From: an uncultured Alphaproteobacteria bacterium
GTDB taxonomy: Bacteria; Pseudomonadota; Alphaproteobacteria; CAAHEQ01; UBA3637
Length of the DNA stretch: 64,000 bases
Reading direction: 5' to 3'
NCBI GenBank assembly: GCA_934234055.1
Contig: CAKQGY010000004.1
Coordinates: 44,631 to 108,630 of the forward strand
This document shows, one piece after another, positions 46,004 through 56,538 of this stretch. Under the pieces are notes generated by a model. It made no database searches, was not told where the DNA came from, and saw only the letters and a list, made by a program, of their open reading frames with translations. Every line of letters begins with the position of its first letter. The stretch's first letter is position 1. The position numbers were made by a program, and so were the translations under genes.

Positions 46004-47451
46004 GCAAGTTTTGGGTGGGGGCTCTGATCCTGTTGTGGGCCGGAAGCGGAATTGCGCAAGGAGTGATGACAGACCTGTTGAACCCGCAAAATGCCGTGTC
46101 GGCAGGAACGGGGCAGACGGTGGTCTTTGACGGTAAGCCCGCCGTGTTGGTGGAAAAACCGGCGCCCGCGCCCGCTCCCAAACCCGAGCCTGTGCCTCAA
46201 ATGACGGTGGTGGCTCCGTTCGGGCAGGTGGGGCAGGTGCCCTATGTGACTCATATTGCGGATCGGCTGGTGCGGGTGCAAATCCTGGACAACGAGAGTG
46301 TCTGGGTGGAAGATCAGGTGTTGGCGGTCTTGACACAGGATAAAACCGATTGGGTGCGCATTCTGCCCAAGCAGGTGCAAAATCCGGCCGGCAAGCGAAT
46401 CGCGATGACTCGGCAAATCCTGGGGGTGTGGAATGACGGTAAACCTGTGGCCTATACGGTGCAGGAAGACGCCGATTCCGTGCAGGTGGCTTTGCGTAAG
46501 CCCCTGAATAAAGGGGCGCACCGCTTGGTGATGCAGCAGGTTATTACGGGTGTTATTCAAAAGAATAAATCCGTGGCGGAAGTTTTTGTGCCGGTGGGGG
46601 GCGGGGAAATGCCCCTGATGACCGAGCAATTCCATTTGAGTGTGGCCTTGCCGCGGGCAACAAAATTATACGACAAAGCCCTGTTGTTCGGGGGGAATAA
46701 TCAGGCCGTGGCGAACTATGAAGTGCGGGCGGGGACGCGCGATCTGCTGTTTGAAACGACGCATATCCTGCCGGCCTATACCGATGTGCGGTTGCGCCTG
46801 GTGAGTGAAGCGGATACGATCGCAGTGGCGGCGGGGAGCGGCTCGGCGGGCGGAAAAATCATCATATCGGTGTATGCGGGAATCTTGGCACTGTATGCGT
46901 TGGCTTTGGTGCTGGAAGGACGCCGGCGGCGGATTAAAAACCCGATGCGGGCGGGCTTGCGCCGAAATGTGATGTGGTGGGCCAGCGTGTCGGGTGTGCC
47001 GGTGTCGGAAGCCGATCGGATCCTGTGGGAGCGATTACTGCCGGATAAACTGCGCCCGTGGCGGCGGGGGGGAGTCCTGCGCGTCGGAGTGAGCCGGTGG
47101 GGCGAGCCGGTGGCGGGGGTTGTGTTGCTGATCCTGGGGACACTGTGGCTGGCAAAACTGCATACGATTATCTTGTCGGCGGGGATGGTGGTGTTGATGG
47201 TGGCCCTGGGTATCGGGGCGGTGATGATTGTGGTGCGCCTGGGAGCACGGGAAAAGCTGTGGCGGATGCGATTGGCATTTTGTCAGGAATTGCTGCAAAC
47301 ACCGGCGGGGCTGTGTCCGCCTGCGGGGCGCGTGGGGGTGTATTATGCCTATGCCATGAGCCTGGGAATCGGCGATAAATGGCGGCGCAAAGTGCTGGAA
47401 TGTAATCCGCATTATGCACGGCTGGATTTTTGGAAAAAGGAGACGCTATGA
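46000..47451 (+). CDS. hypothetical membrane protein (DUF2207-like architecture)
   Basis: 483 aa. Signal peptide, large extracytoplasmic domain and C-terminal TM segments. Confidence 0.5.
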   Translation: MSKFWVGALILLWAGSGIAQGVMTDLLNPQNAVSAGTGQTVVFDGKPAVLVEKPAPAPAPKPEPVPQMTVVAPFGQVGQVPYVTHIADRLVRVQILDNESVWVEDQVLAVLTQDKTDWVRILPKQVQNPAGKRIAMTRQILGVWNDGKPVAYTVQEDADSVQVALRKPLNKGAHRLVMQQVITGVIQKNKSVAEVFVPVGGGEMPLMTEQFHLSVALPRATKLYDKALLFGGNNQAVANYEVRAGTRDLLFETTHILPAYTDVRLRLVSEADTIAVAAGSGSAGGKIIISVYAGILALYALALVLEGRRRRIKNPMRAGLRRNVMWWASVSGVPVSEADRILWERLLPDKLRPWRRGGVLRVGVSRWGEPVAGVVLLILGTLWLAKLHTIILSAGMVVLMVALGIGAVMIVVRLGAREKLWRMRLAFCQELLQTPAGLCPPAGRVGVYYAYAMSLGIGDKWRRKVLECNPHYARLDFWKKETL

Positions 47452-48524
47452 AAAAAGAACCGGTAATTGTCGGGGTGCTGTTGGCAGGACTGGTGTGCGG
47501 GGCGGGGCGTGCGGGAGCGCAAACCGTGGCGGAGCAGGTGGCGGCAGAATTGGACGCCGGGAAAAGCCTGGACTGGACCGATGTGAAACGCGCCGATGTC
47601 GGGCAAAATGTGCTGGGAACCGAGACGGATCGGGTGCTGAATATGCTGCTGTCCATTCCGTTTGAACAACGGCAGTATATCTTTCCGGCTTTGTTTGAGG
47701 AAAATGACTTGCCGAAAAAAATTCGCTTGCACCCGGAAATTGCCGTTTGGGAGGGAAAGCGACCGACGCGAATCGCGCCCCAAATGCAGGCTTTTGCCGA
47801 TGAATACCTGGCGGATTTGAACCCGCGACTGTATCCCTATATCTCGCCGGATGCTTTCCCGGAGCCTGATGACGATCGGCCGATGTTGACGGATCAGGGG
47901 GAAGATGTGGCCCTGGACCTGCGGCGGGGGGTGTATGAGATATCGGACAAGCCCTATCGTGCCGTGGGGGAGTGGATCGTGCCGCGGGCGGAACTGCGCG
48001 ACAATCCGGACTATGGCGTTGTGAGTGAGGCGCAAATTGAGGGGTTGGGGCAAGGGATGGCGGCCTTTGATACCGCGATGAACGACATTATTGCGGGGGA
48101 TCGAAAATCGTGGTTGTTCCTGTCGCAATTCTATACCAGTCAACACGATGTGATGGTGAACCCGTTTCAAACTTGGTTGGGGAACCTGAAACGCATGGGG
48201 AAAGGCGCGGAAATGGATGCGGCCTTGAAACAAGCGGGGTGGGCAGACAGCGAAACCTTTGCCCGCGCGGCCGATACGGTGGCAAAAGCCTATCGCGCGA
48301 ACTATATGACGCTGCGGATCGCCTTTGATGTGCGGCGGTATCGGGGAAAAGAAGCAACCTCGGAAGCCGATAAAATGGGAATAACCGTGGCAAAAATGTA
48401 TGAAGCCTATCCGGCCGATGTGCGGCGGGTGGGGGCGCGGCGCGATCAAGTGCGCGAAGCCTTTATCAAAAACGGACATCAGGGAATCTTGAACGCAATA
48501 AGGATTGACGAATTGGAAAAATAA
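47448..48524 (+). CDS. hypothetical secreted protein
   Basis: About 358 aa. ATGA overlap with the upstream stop, AGGAGA RBS, signal peptide VIVGVLLAGLVCGAGRAGA. Confidence 0.5.
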   Translation: MKKEPVIVGVLLAGLVCGAGRAGAQTVAEQVAAELDAGKSLDWTDVKRADVGQNVLGTETDRVLNMLLSIPFEQRQYIFPALFEENDLPKKIRLHPEIAVWEGKRPTRIAPQMQAFADEYLADLNPRLYPYISPDAFPEPDDDRPMLTDQGEDVALDLRRGVYEISDKPYRAVGEWIVPRAELRDNPDYGVVSEAQIEGLGQGMAAFDTAMNDIIAGDRKSWLFLSQFYTSQHDVMVNPFQTWLGNLKRMGKGAEMDAALKQAGWADSETFARAADTVAKAYRANYMTLRIAFDVRRYRGKEATSEADKMGITVAKMYEAYPADVRRVGARRDQVREAFIKNGHQGILNAIRIDELEK

Positions 48525-48561
48525 GTGTATAATAGCACCAAAAACGCAAGGAGACACAAAA

Positions 48562-48966
48562 ATGGCTTGGACAGATGATAAAGTAAAACAACTGAAAAAA
48601 TTGTGGCTGAAAGGCAAAAGCACCAACGAAATTGCCAAAGCACTGGGCATGTCTAAAAACTCGGTGATCGGGAAAGTGCATCGGCTGGACCTGGAAGCAC
48701 GGCCGTCGCCTATTCGAAAAAAAGAAGTCGTGCCCGTCGCAGCCCCGCGCCCGGTGATGGGGGCTTGCAAACTGATGGAACTGCGCACGAATACCTGTCG
48801 TTGGCCGATCGGCGATCCGGCGGACCCGGACTTTCACTTTTGCGGGAAACAAATTGCAACCGGAAAACCCTATTGCCCGGAACATTGCGCCGAGGCGTAT
48901 ACATCGCTGAAAGAATTGTCGGAACAAAGCAGCAGGACTAAACTGCCCCGCCAACGTAAAGGATAA
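48562..48966 (+). CDS. gcrA: cell-cycle regulator GcrA
   Basis: MAWTDDKVKQLKKLWLKGKSTNEIAKALG...SKNSVIGKVHRL and C-terminal CRWPIGDP...FCG...PYCPEHC. This family is restricted to Alphaproteobacteria. Confidence 0.85.
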   Translation: MAWTDDKVKQLKKLWLKGKSTNEIAKALGMSKNSVIGKVHRLDLEARPSPIRKKEVVPVAAPRPVMGACKLMELRTNTCRWPIGDPADPDFHFCGKQIATGKPYCPEHCAEAYTSLKELSEQSSRTKLPRQRKG

Positions 48967-48972
48967 CCCCCT

Positions 48973-51741
48973 ATGGAAACGCGGCCGACGGTGTGCCTGG
49001 TAGACGGGTCGGGATATATCTTTCGGGCCTTTTATGCACTGCCCCCGATGACGCGCCCGGACGGTGTACCGGTTAATGCCGTGTATGGCTTTATGAACAT
49101 GATGATGAATCTGTCGCAGGATAACCTGTGCTCGCACATCGTGGTTATTTTTGATGCGAAACGACGCAACTTTCGCAACGATATTTATCCGGCCTATAAG
49201 GAAAATCGGCGCGAAGTGCCCGCAGACCTGATTCCCCAGTTCGCCCTGATTCGACAGGCGGCCGAAGCCTTGAATATCCCGTGGATTGAACAAGAAGGGT
49301 ATGAGGCCGATGACCTGATCGCAACCTATGCGCGGTTGGCCGTGGAGCGCGGCTGGCAAGCGCGGGTGGTGTCGGCGGATAAAGACTTGATGCAATTAAA
49401 ACGCACGGGAGTGGCGGTCTATGATCCGATGAAAAAAAAGGATATGACCGATGATGATGTTATCAAAAAATTCGGTGTGCCGCCGGCGCAAATGACCGAT
49501 GTGCAGGCCTTGATGGGAGATTCGACCGATAATATCCCGGGGGGCAAAGGTATCGGACCCAAGACGGCGGCCGAACTGATTATAAAATACGGGACGCTGG
49601 AAAACTTGCTGGCGCACCTGGATGAAATACCGCAACAAAAACGGCGGGAAGGTTTAATCCGTGATGCGGATCTGATCCGAATATCCAAGCGCTTGGTGGT
49701 GCTGGACGATCGGGTGGCGGTGGGAAAATCGCTGGACGAATTTGCCGCACGGGCACCGGACGAAACGCGCCTGAAAGCCTTTTTAAGCGAGAACGGTTTT
49801 ACCAGTCTGGTGGCACGGGTGCAAAATTGGTTGGTCAAGCGCGCGCAATCGGTAGGACGCTGTCAGGTGATGGAAACACAATCCGAAACGGCAGCACCCG
49901 TCAGTCAGGCGTTGCGGTATGATATGATTGATACGGCCGAGGCCCTGAAAGATCGGGTCGCCCAAATTCGGACGGCGGTGGCCGTCTCGGCCGAAGTGGC
50001 GCCGGACAGTGTCGGCAATAATGAGTTGGTGGGGGTGGCTTTGTGCCCGGATAACGGGCGTGCGTGCTATGTTCCCCTGCGCCACGGGGAGCGGGTGGCT
50101 GCGACGGACTTGTTCTCGGCAGGCACACAATTGTATGCGGGGCAAATGCCGGTGGCGGAGGCTTTGGCGATCCTGAAACCGCTTTGGGTGAACCCGAATA
50201 TCACGAAAGTCGGCCACCCGGTGAAAGCCGTAATGCATACTTTGTCGCGGGAATACGGCGGGCTGGAAATGGCGCCCATAGATGATACACAGGTGATGAG
50301 TGCGGTGCTGGACGGCTCAACGCATCGGCATGACCTGCCGGAATTGGCACGCCTGTATCTGTCGCATGAGATGATCCCGGACGAACAGGTCGGGCAGTCA
50401 GGTAAAGGGCAATTCCCTTTCCGTGAGGTGCCGATTGCCCAAGCGGGACGCTATGCCGCCGAAAAAGCCGATATGATTATGCGGCTGTATCGCTTGCTTA
50501 AAGAGCGCCTGAAAACCGAGGAAATCGGGCATATCTATGCGCAGGAAGATTGCCCTTTGATCCCGATTCTGTTCCGAATGGAAGAACGCGGAATCTTGGT
50601 GGACAAGGGGCACTTGAAGCAATTGGAGGGCGAATTCGCCGAACGTGTCGCAACTTTGACAAATGAAATCTATACCCTGGCGGGGCATTCGTTTAACATC
50701 AACTCGCCGGGACAGTTGGGGGCCGTTTTTTTTGAAGAACAGGGTCTGACCGGCGGGAAAAAAAGCGCGCTGGGGACTTGGATAACCGATGTGAAGGTGC
50801 TGGAAAACCTGGCGGCGGCAGGGTCGGAATTGGCCGAAAAAGTGCTGGAATACCGAAGCATATCAAAACTGAAAAGCACCTATGCCGATGCGCTGTTGGC
50901 GTTGGTAAAACGCGACAGGCGAATCCATACGACATTCTCTTTGACGGCAACGAATACGGGGCGGTTGGCATCGTCAGATCCGAACCTGCAAAACATACCG
51001 ATACGCACCGATGCCGGTAAGGAAATTCGACGCGCCTTTATCGCCAAACCCGGGTGTAAATTGGTGTGCGCGGACTACTCGCAAATTGAACTGCGCCTGA
51101 TGGCGGAAGTGGCGGGCGTGGCGGCTTTGATTGACGCTTTCCGGCATGGCGACGATATTCACGCACGCACCGCGGCACAGATCTTTGATGTGCCCCGAGA
51201 CCGGGTGGACGCCGATATGCGCCGGCGGGCAAAGGCGATCAACTTTGGCATTATGTATGGTATGTCGGCGTTCGGATTGGCGGAAAACCTGAAAATCGGA
51301 CGGAGTGAGGCCAAGCAATATATTGAGGCCTATTTCGCCAAATACCCCGAGATTAAAACCTATATGGAACGAACCGAACAGGAAGCCCGCGCGAACGGAT
51401 TTGTGATGACTCCGTTCGGGCGCAAGTGCTTTATTCGGGGCTTGGATAACGGACGAACGCGCGGGTTTGCTTTGCGCGCCGCAATCAATGCACCGATCCA
51501 GGGCGGGGCGGCCGATATTATTAAACGCGCGATGCGGGCAGTGGAGGCAGAACTGACGGCGTCGGGACTGGACGGGAAAATGCTGCTGCAAGTGCATGAC
51601 GAGCTGGTCTTTGAGGTGGCAGAGCGCGATGTGCCGGCGGTGCGGGACTTGGTCAAGCGCGTGATGGAGGGCGTCGTGGCAATGCGCGTGCCCTTGATCG
51701 TGGAGGTCGGCGTGGGTGAGAACTGGAAAGAGGCGCATTAA
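48973..51741 (+). CDS. polA: DNA polymerase I
   Basis: 922 aa. 5'-nuclease N-terminus (LVDGSGYIFRAFYA) and pol motifs DYSQIELR and QVHDELVFE. Confidence 0.95.
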   Translation: METRPTVCLVDGSGYIFRAFYALPPMTRPDGVPVNAVYGFMNMMMNLSQDNLCSHIVVIFDAKRRNFRNDIYPAYKENRREVPADLIPQFALIRQAAEALNIPWIEQEGYEADDLIATYARLAVERGWQARVVSADKDLMQLKRTGVAVYDPMKKKDMTDDDVIKKFGVPPAQMTDVQALMGDSTDNIPGGKGIGPKTAAELIIKYGTLENLLAHLDEIPQQKRREGLIRDADLIRISKRLVVLDDRVAVGKSLDEFAARAPDETRLKAFLSENGFTSLVARVQNWLVKRAQSVGRCQVMETQSETAAPVSQALRYDMIDTAEALKDRVAQIRTAVAVSAEVAPDSVGNNELVGVALCPDNGRACYVPLRHGERVAATDLFSAGTQLYAGQMPVAEALAILKPLWVNPNITKVGHPVKAVMHTLSREYGGLEMAPIDDTQVMSAVLDGSTHRHDLPELARLYLSHEMIPDEQVGQSGKGQFPFREVPIAQAGRYAAEKADMIMRLYRLLKERLKTEEIGHIYAQEDCPLIPILFRMEERGILVDKGHLKQLEGEFAERVATLTNEIYTLAGHSFNINSPGQLGAVFFEEQGLTGGKKSALGTWITDVKVLENLAAAGSELAEKVLEYRSISKLKSTYADALLALVKRDRRIHTTFSLTATNTGRLASSDPNLQNIPIRTDAGKEIRRAFIAKPGCKLVCADYSQIELRLMAEVAGVAALIDAFRHGDDIHARTAAQIFDVPRDRVDADMRRRAKAINFGIMYGMSAFGLAENLKIGRSEAKQYIEAYFAKYPEIKTYMERTEQEARANGFVMTPFGRKCFIRGLDNGRTRGFALRAAINAPIQGGAADIIKRAMRAVEAELTASGLDGKMLLQVHDELVFEVAERDVPAVRDLVKRVMEGVVAMRVPLIVEVGVGENWKEAH

Positions 51742-51747
51742 AAAAAA

Positions 51748-51771
51748 TCCCCCGATGCGGGGGACCTTTTT
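51748..51771. terminator. bidirectional intrinsic terminator (polA / TM2 gene)
   Basis: A8-TCCCCCG-atg-CGGGGGA-CCTTTTT between convergent genes. Confidence 0.75.
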
Positions 51772-51991
51772 AATTAAATGCTTTGCCGGTAGAATCTTTG
51801 GTAACTGTGCAGATGTCAACCAAAACCCATATAAATTCAATGAAAGGCGGAATAATCAGAATAAAGCCCGGGATAACCAGCAAAAGTTGTATGATTGCTT
51901 TCTTCTTGTAACCGGCATAAAAATTATGAATGCCCAAACCGCCCAAAAATAAGGCAAGTAAAATATAAATTAAACGAGATTTTTGTTCCAT
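51770..51991 (-). CDS. TM2 domain membrane protein
   Basis: 73 aa. ILLALFLGGLGIHNFYAGYKKKAIIQLLL. Confidence 0.7.
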   Translation of the reverse strand: MEQKSRLIYILLALFLGGLGIHNFYAGYKKKAIIQLLLVIPGFILIIPPFIEFIWVLVDICTVTKDSTGKAFN

Positions 51992-52200
51992 TTGATTCTT
52001 CCTGTTATGTTCGTGGTGCCGAACAATTGATTTCTGTGAAGAGTATGCACCAATACCTGCGCAAAAGTATAAACAGATTTTTAAGTGATTTCAAGTGAAA
52101 AGTAAGAAGAAGAGTATTTTTCGTGCGGGGCTTATTCGGTGTGTCGGAGACTCGATGAGGTGCAGGCTTGAGAAAAGGTGTGCGATGGCAAGAAGCATGA

Positions 52201-52247
52201 GTGCTTTTATGGATCGTTCGGAGAACACAACCGATTCAAAATGACAA
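52201..52247 (-). repeat. hairpin repeat family copy (degenerate, minus orientation)
   Basis: The minus strand reads TTGTCATTTTGAATCGGTTGTGTTCTCCGAACGATCCATAAAAGCAC. Confidence 0.45.
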
Positions 52248-52257
52248 TAAGGATATA

Positions 52258-52296
52258 GTGTTTTACGGATTGCTTCACTGTGTTTGTAATGACAGG
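52258..52296 (-). repeat. hairpin repeat family copy (minus orientation)
   Basis: The minus strand reads CCTGTCATTACAAACACAGTGAAGCAATCCGTAAAACAC. Confidence 0.5.
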
Positions 52297-52370
52297 AGAA
52301 GCAGAGAAAAAATAAGGGGACCGTTGACGATGCCAACAGTCCCCGTTGAAAAGAGAAAGACCTTGTGGGA

Positions 52371-54725
52371 TTATGAACGCAGGTCGGCACCGGTGTTGCG
52401 GTGCACCAGGTTGATAATCTGAGTGGATAAAGTCTCAATCTCGGCGTCCGTGAGGGTTTTGTCCCGCGGCTGAATCGTAACCTGAACCGCCAAAGACTTC
52501 TTGCCGGCGGGAAGGTGTTCGCCCTGATACACATCAAACACCGCCACATCGGTAATCAAATCTCGATTCACATTCTCTATCGTCGCCAAAACTTTGGCCG
52601 CGTCAACCGATTGATCCATCACAAACGCAAAATCTCGCGTCAAGGGCATCAATGTTGCCGGGCGGAAGGGCTTGACCTTTTTGCCCTTGCCGGCGGGGAC
52701 AGCGTCCAAATACACCTCAAACGCACAAACGGGAGTCTTTATCCCGAAGGCCTTTAACACCGCGGGGTGAATCTCGCCAAAAACAGCCAGAATATTCTTG
52801 CCCAGTTGCAGACTGCCCGAACGGCCGGGGTGATACCACGCAGGTGCATTGCGGAAAATCTGAACATTCGCGGGGGCGTCCACGGCCGCCAAAGCAGCCA
52901 GAGCGTCGGCCTTGGCATCAAATACATCAACTTCACGCGTTTGTTCCAGCCAATGCTTGGGTGTCCAAGAACCCGCCCGAACACCGCACGCAACCAACTG
53001 CTGCGCGCCGGGGGTGGCGTCGGAAAACTGCGGACCGACCTCAAACAACTGAACGTCGCGTGAGCCCATGGCTTGGTTGCGGACAACGGCCGACAACAAA
53101 TTCGGCACCAGGGACGGCCGCAACTCGTCCAAATCGGAAGCGATGGGATTGGCCAGTTTCACACCATGAGAGCCGAACAGTCCCGCCAGGCGTGAATCCA
53201 TAAAGGACCAGGTAATCGCTTGGCACAGGCCGCGAGCCGCCAAAACCCGGCGAACGGCAACTTCTTTGCGCTGATGCGGGAATAAAACGCCGGTGGGCAA
53301 GCGGTCGGCGCGCATCGGTGCATCGGGCAGTTCGTCCAGCCCGTAGACACGCACAATCTCTTCCACCAAATCGGCCGGCAATGACACATCGTGAATACGC
53401 CAACCGGGGACGGAAACTTGGTTCCCGGCAACCGTAAAGCCGAGCTTTGTTAAAATCTCGGTCATTCGAGCCGGCGCAATGTCCAAACCCGTCAGGCGTT
53501 TGACTTCGTTAAAGTCAAAGGTAATCGTGCGCGCTGTATCGGGTGCCTGACCGGCAATGACAATTTCGGAAGGCTCGCCCCCGCACAGATCCAAAATCAT
53601 TTGTGTGGCGCGGGCGTTGTCGGATTCGGCAGAAGCGGGGTCTATACCACGTTCAAACCGGCTGCGCGAATCGGAAAGAGCCCCGGTTTTGATGCCGGTC
53701 TTGGCAATCGCGGTCGGGGTAAAGTAAGCGCTTTCCAAAAACACATTCGCCGTGTCGGGTGATACCGCTGTATCCACGCCGCCCATAATGCCCGCAATGC
53801 TTTGCGCCGCGCGATCGTCGGCCACCACGCACATATCGGGTGTCAGAGTGTATTCTTTGTCATCCAGGGCGGTGATTTTCTCGCCGTCATATGCCGGTCG
53901 AACGGTGATGTTGCCGGTCAGCTTGTCCGCGTCAAACACATGTAGCGGACGGCACTCGGCAATGTTCAAGTAGTTCGTAATGTCCACCAACGCCGAAATC
54001 GGACGCAGGCCGGCCGCAATCAGGGCTTGCTGTAACCATTGGGGGCTGGGGCCGTTTTTGACACCGCGGATAAACCGGCCGGTGTAAATCGGGCAGGTCG
54101 AATCCGTAATCGTGACAGATACCGGAGAAGTATATTGTCCGGCAATCGTCGGGGTCGGGTTTTCAATCAAGGTGCCCATACCCGCCGCCGCCAAGTCGCG
54201 CGCAATCCCCCGCACGCCCAAACAATCGGGGCGGTTGGGTGTGACATTCACATCAAAAATCACATCGGCATTCAAGGCCGTTGCCGCCGGTGTGCCCGCC
54301 GGGTAATCGGTGGTTAAATCCACAATCCCGTTGTGGTCCGTGCCGATGCCAAGCTCGTCCTCGGCACACATCATACCGTTGGACTCGACACCGCGCAGTT
54401 TGCTGACCTGAATAGTCTCGTTAAACAAGGGGACATAGCAGCCGGGCTGGGCCAAAATGGACTTCATACCCACGCGCACATTCGGCGCACCGCAGACGAT
54501 TTGGACTTCCTCGCGTCCGTTAAAGACACGCAGGACATGCAGCTTGTCCGCGTTGGGGTGCTGCTCTACCGCGCGAATCTCGCCGACGATGTAGCCCTGT
54601 AAATTGGCGGCAAGGTCTTGAACTTCCTCTATTTCCAGGCCGAGCATCGTCATCTTGTCGGCCAGTTCGGCCACCGTGGCCGTCGTATCCAAATAGCGTT
54701 TGAGTGTTGATAAATTGAACTTCAT
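52371..54725 (-). CDS. pheT: phenylalanyl-tRNA synthetase beta subunit
   Basis: 784 aa. N-terminal tRNA-binding domain (HPNADKLHVLRV) plus B3/4 and B5 domains. Follows pheS. Confidence 0.95.
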   Translation of the reverse strand: MKFNLSTLKRYLDTTATVAELADKMTMLGLEIEEVQDLAANLQGYIVGEIRAVEQHPNADKLHVLRVFNGREEVQIVCGAPNVRVGMKSILAQPGCYVPLFNETIQVSKLRGVESNGMMCAEDELGIGTDHNGIVDLTTDYPAGTPAATALNADVIFDVNVTPNRPDCLGVRGIARDLAAAGMGTLIENPTPTIAGQYTSPVSVTITDSTCPIYTGRFIRGVKNGPSPQWLQQALIAAGLRPISALVDITNYLNIAECRPLHVFDADKLTGNITVRPAYDGEKITALDDKEYTLTPDMCVVADDRAAQSIAGIMGGVDTAVSPDTANVFLESAYFTPTAIAKTGIKTGALSDSRSRFERGIDPASAESDNARATQMILDLCGGEPSEIVIAGQAPDTARTITFDFNEVKRLTGLDIAPARMTEILTKLGFTVAGNQVSVPGWRIHDVSLPADLVEEIVRVYGLDELPDAPMRADRLPTGVLFPHQRKEVAVRRVLAARGLCQAITWSFMDSRLAGLFGSHGVKLANPIASDLDELRPSLVPNLLSAVVRNQAMGSRDVQLFEVGPQFSDATPGAQQLVACGVRAGSWTPKHWLEQTREVDVFDAKADALAALAAVDAPANVQIFRNAPAWYHPGRSGSLQLGKNILAVFGEIHPAVLKAFGIKTPVCAFEVYLDAVPAGKGKKVKPFRPATLMPLTRDFAFVMDQSVDAAKVLATIENVNRDLITDVAVFDVYQGEHLPAGKKSLAVQVTIQPRDKTLTDAEIETLSTQIINLVHRNTGADLRS

Positions 54726-55792
54726 TATTTTCTACCTCCGTTGCCAGATAAACCGCCGGTAATTGTGGGAATGTCCAACGGCAAAAAGCCATAGTGCCTG
54801 ATCCATTTCATATCGGCCTCAAACATCGGGCGTAAATCTTGAATCCCGTATTTCATCATCGCCAGGCGATCCAGGCCGATACCGAAAGCAAAGCCCTGGT
54901 ATTTGGCGGGATCTATGCCGCAGTTTTGCAACACCCGCGGGTCCACCATACCGCAGCCCAGCAATTCCAGCCACTCCTTGCCGATATTACGGGCCATCGC
55001 ACCGCCCAGATCCATCTCGTAAGAAGGTTCGGTGAACGGAAAGTAAGACGGACGGAAACGCACCGCGACATCGTCGGTCTCAAAAAAGAGCTTGAAAAAC
55101 TCAATCAGGCAGGAGCGCAAATTGGCAAGGTTCGTTTTCTCGTCAATGACCAGACCCTCAATCTGGTGAAACATCGGCGTGTGAGTCGCGTCGTAATCGC
55201 GCCGGTAAGTGCGCCCGGGACATACGATTTTAATGGGCGGCTTTTGCGTCTCCATCGTCCGAATCTGAACGCCGGAAGTTTGCGTGCGGAGCATATTATT
55301 GTTGTCAAAAAAGAATGTCGCCTGCATCTGACGCGCGGGGTGTTCTTTGGGCAGATTGAGCGCTTCAAAATTGTGCCAGTCGTCCTCTATATCGGGACCC
55401 TCGGCCAATTGAAAACCCATTTGAGCAAAGATCGTCAGAGTTTCCTCTATGGTCTGAGAAATCGGGTGAATCCGACCCGAGATCGTTTCGGGGCGCGCGG
55501 GCAGGGTAATGTCCACGCTTTCGGCCGCCAAACGCGCATTCAGAACCGCCGTTTCCAGCGCCTGCTTTTTCGCGTCCAAAGCCGCCGCAATCTCGTTCTT
55601 GAATGTGTTGAGCATTTGGCCGGCGGTTTTGCGTTCGTCCGCAGATAAAGCGCCCAAGCCCTTCATCAGAGCGGTAATCTTGCCGTTCTTGCCCAGTGCG
55701 GAAACGCGAATCTCGTCCAATGCCGGCAGGGTATCGGCCCCCTGAATCGCCCGCAATAAATCGGGCCGTAAAGTTTCTATTTGTTCTTGCAT
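54725..55792 (-). CDS. pheS: phenylalanyl-tRNA synthetase alpha subunit
   Basis: 355 aa. Class II motifs (HPARQMQATFF, FRPSYFPFTEPS, GFAFGIGLDR). Confidence 0.95.
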   Translation of the reverse strand: MQEQIETLRPDLLRAIQGADTLPALDEIRVSALGKNGKITALMKGLGALSADERKTAGQMLNTFKNEIAAALDAKKQALETAVLNARLAAESVDITLPARPETISGRIHPISQTIEETLTIFAQMGFQLAEGPDIEDDWHNFEALNLPKEHPARQMQATFFFDNNNMLRTQTSGVQIRTMETQKPPIKIVCPGRTYRRDYDATHTPMFHQIEGLVIDEKTNLANLRSCLIEFFKLFFETDDVAVRFRPSYFPFTEPSYEMDLGGAMARNIGKEWLELLGCGMVDPRVLQNCGIDPAKYQGFAFGIGLDRLAMMKYGIQDLRPMFEADMKWIRHYGFLPLDIPTITGGLSGNGGRK

Positions 55793-55867
55793 ATCGTGTC
55801 CTATTCTAAAATAAACGATAGCAGTCAGTTTAGCATACTTTGCGCCTAAAATAAAGTCTTTTTTTGA

Positions 55868-56509
55868 TTATTTTTGTGTGTCGGTGTCGGTGGCGGAATT
55901 GTCGTGGTCGCTTGGAGTGGTGGCCTTGGGGGTCGGCACAGGTGTATCGGGCGTCCTTGGGCGCGGGTGGCAGCCGCAGTAATTTTGGCGATACAGCCCC
56001 CATTCGCGCGACAGGCGGTTGGCCTTGGTCTCGCCTCCGTTCTTGCGCCAATTCGTGCCGGTGTAGGGTATGCCGACCCGAGACGCTGCCCTTTGGCCGG
56101 CGCGGGAAACTTGGGCGAAATCTTTATATCGCGAAATCCCCAGCACCGAATCAAAACGCGTGAAGCCGTGGGCGCGGGCGTAAAGAGCTGCTTGGTGCAA
56201 CCGGAGGAAAAAGCATTGATCGCAACGGCGGCCGCGTTCGGGCTCGGATTCCAGGCCGCGGGTGGCTTGGCGCCAGGTCTCGGGATCGTAGGGAAGTTCG
56301 ACAAACGGCACGCCGAGGGCTTGGCAAACGCGCTGATTCTCGTCGCGGCGGCGGGCGTATTCGGCGGGGGGCTGAATATTCGGATTATAAAACAACACGG
56401 TAAAGCGTTGGCCGGCCGCGTGCAGGTCGCTGATCACGCCGATGGAACACGGCGCGCAACACGAAAGCAGCAGTAAATTGTCAGATTGGGCTTCAGTCAT
56501 AGCAGGCAT
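55868..56509 (-). CDS. queH: epoxyqueuosine reductase QueH (DUF208)
   Basis: LLLSCCAPCS...VLFYNPNIQP...RCDQCFFLRL Cys motifs. Low-complexity Pro/Thr/Asp C-terminal tail. Confidence 0.75.
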   Translation of the reverse strand: MPAMTEAQSDNLLLLSCCAPCSIGVISDLHAAGQRFTVLFYNPNIQPPAEYARRRDENQRVCQALGVPFVELPYDPETWRQATRGLESEPERGRRCDQCFFLRLHQAALYARAHGFTRFDSVLGISRYKDFAQVSRAGQRAASRVGIPYTGTNWRKNGGETKANRLSREWGLYRQNYCGCHPRPRTPDTPVPTPKATTPSDHDNSATDTDTQK

Positions 56510-56538
56510 TATACCTCAAATGAACTGAAAGTGCAAGG

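Noticed and set aside
47412-48788. 458-aa minus-strand ORF, plus similar long antisense ORFs (45335..46336, 45877..46635, 48466..49395, 50974..51840, 59581..60660, 16890..17714, 54839..55648, 25012..25650)
   Set aside because: All lie opposite genes with strong family signatures or better coding features. Their Arg/Pro/His-rich composition is what the antisense of GC-rich coding sequence produces.
52091-52549. 152-aa minus-strand ORF
   Set aside because: It spans two repeat copies and runs into the 3' end of pheT in another frame.
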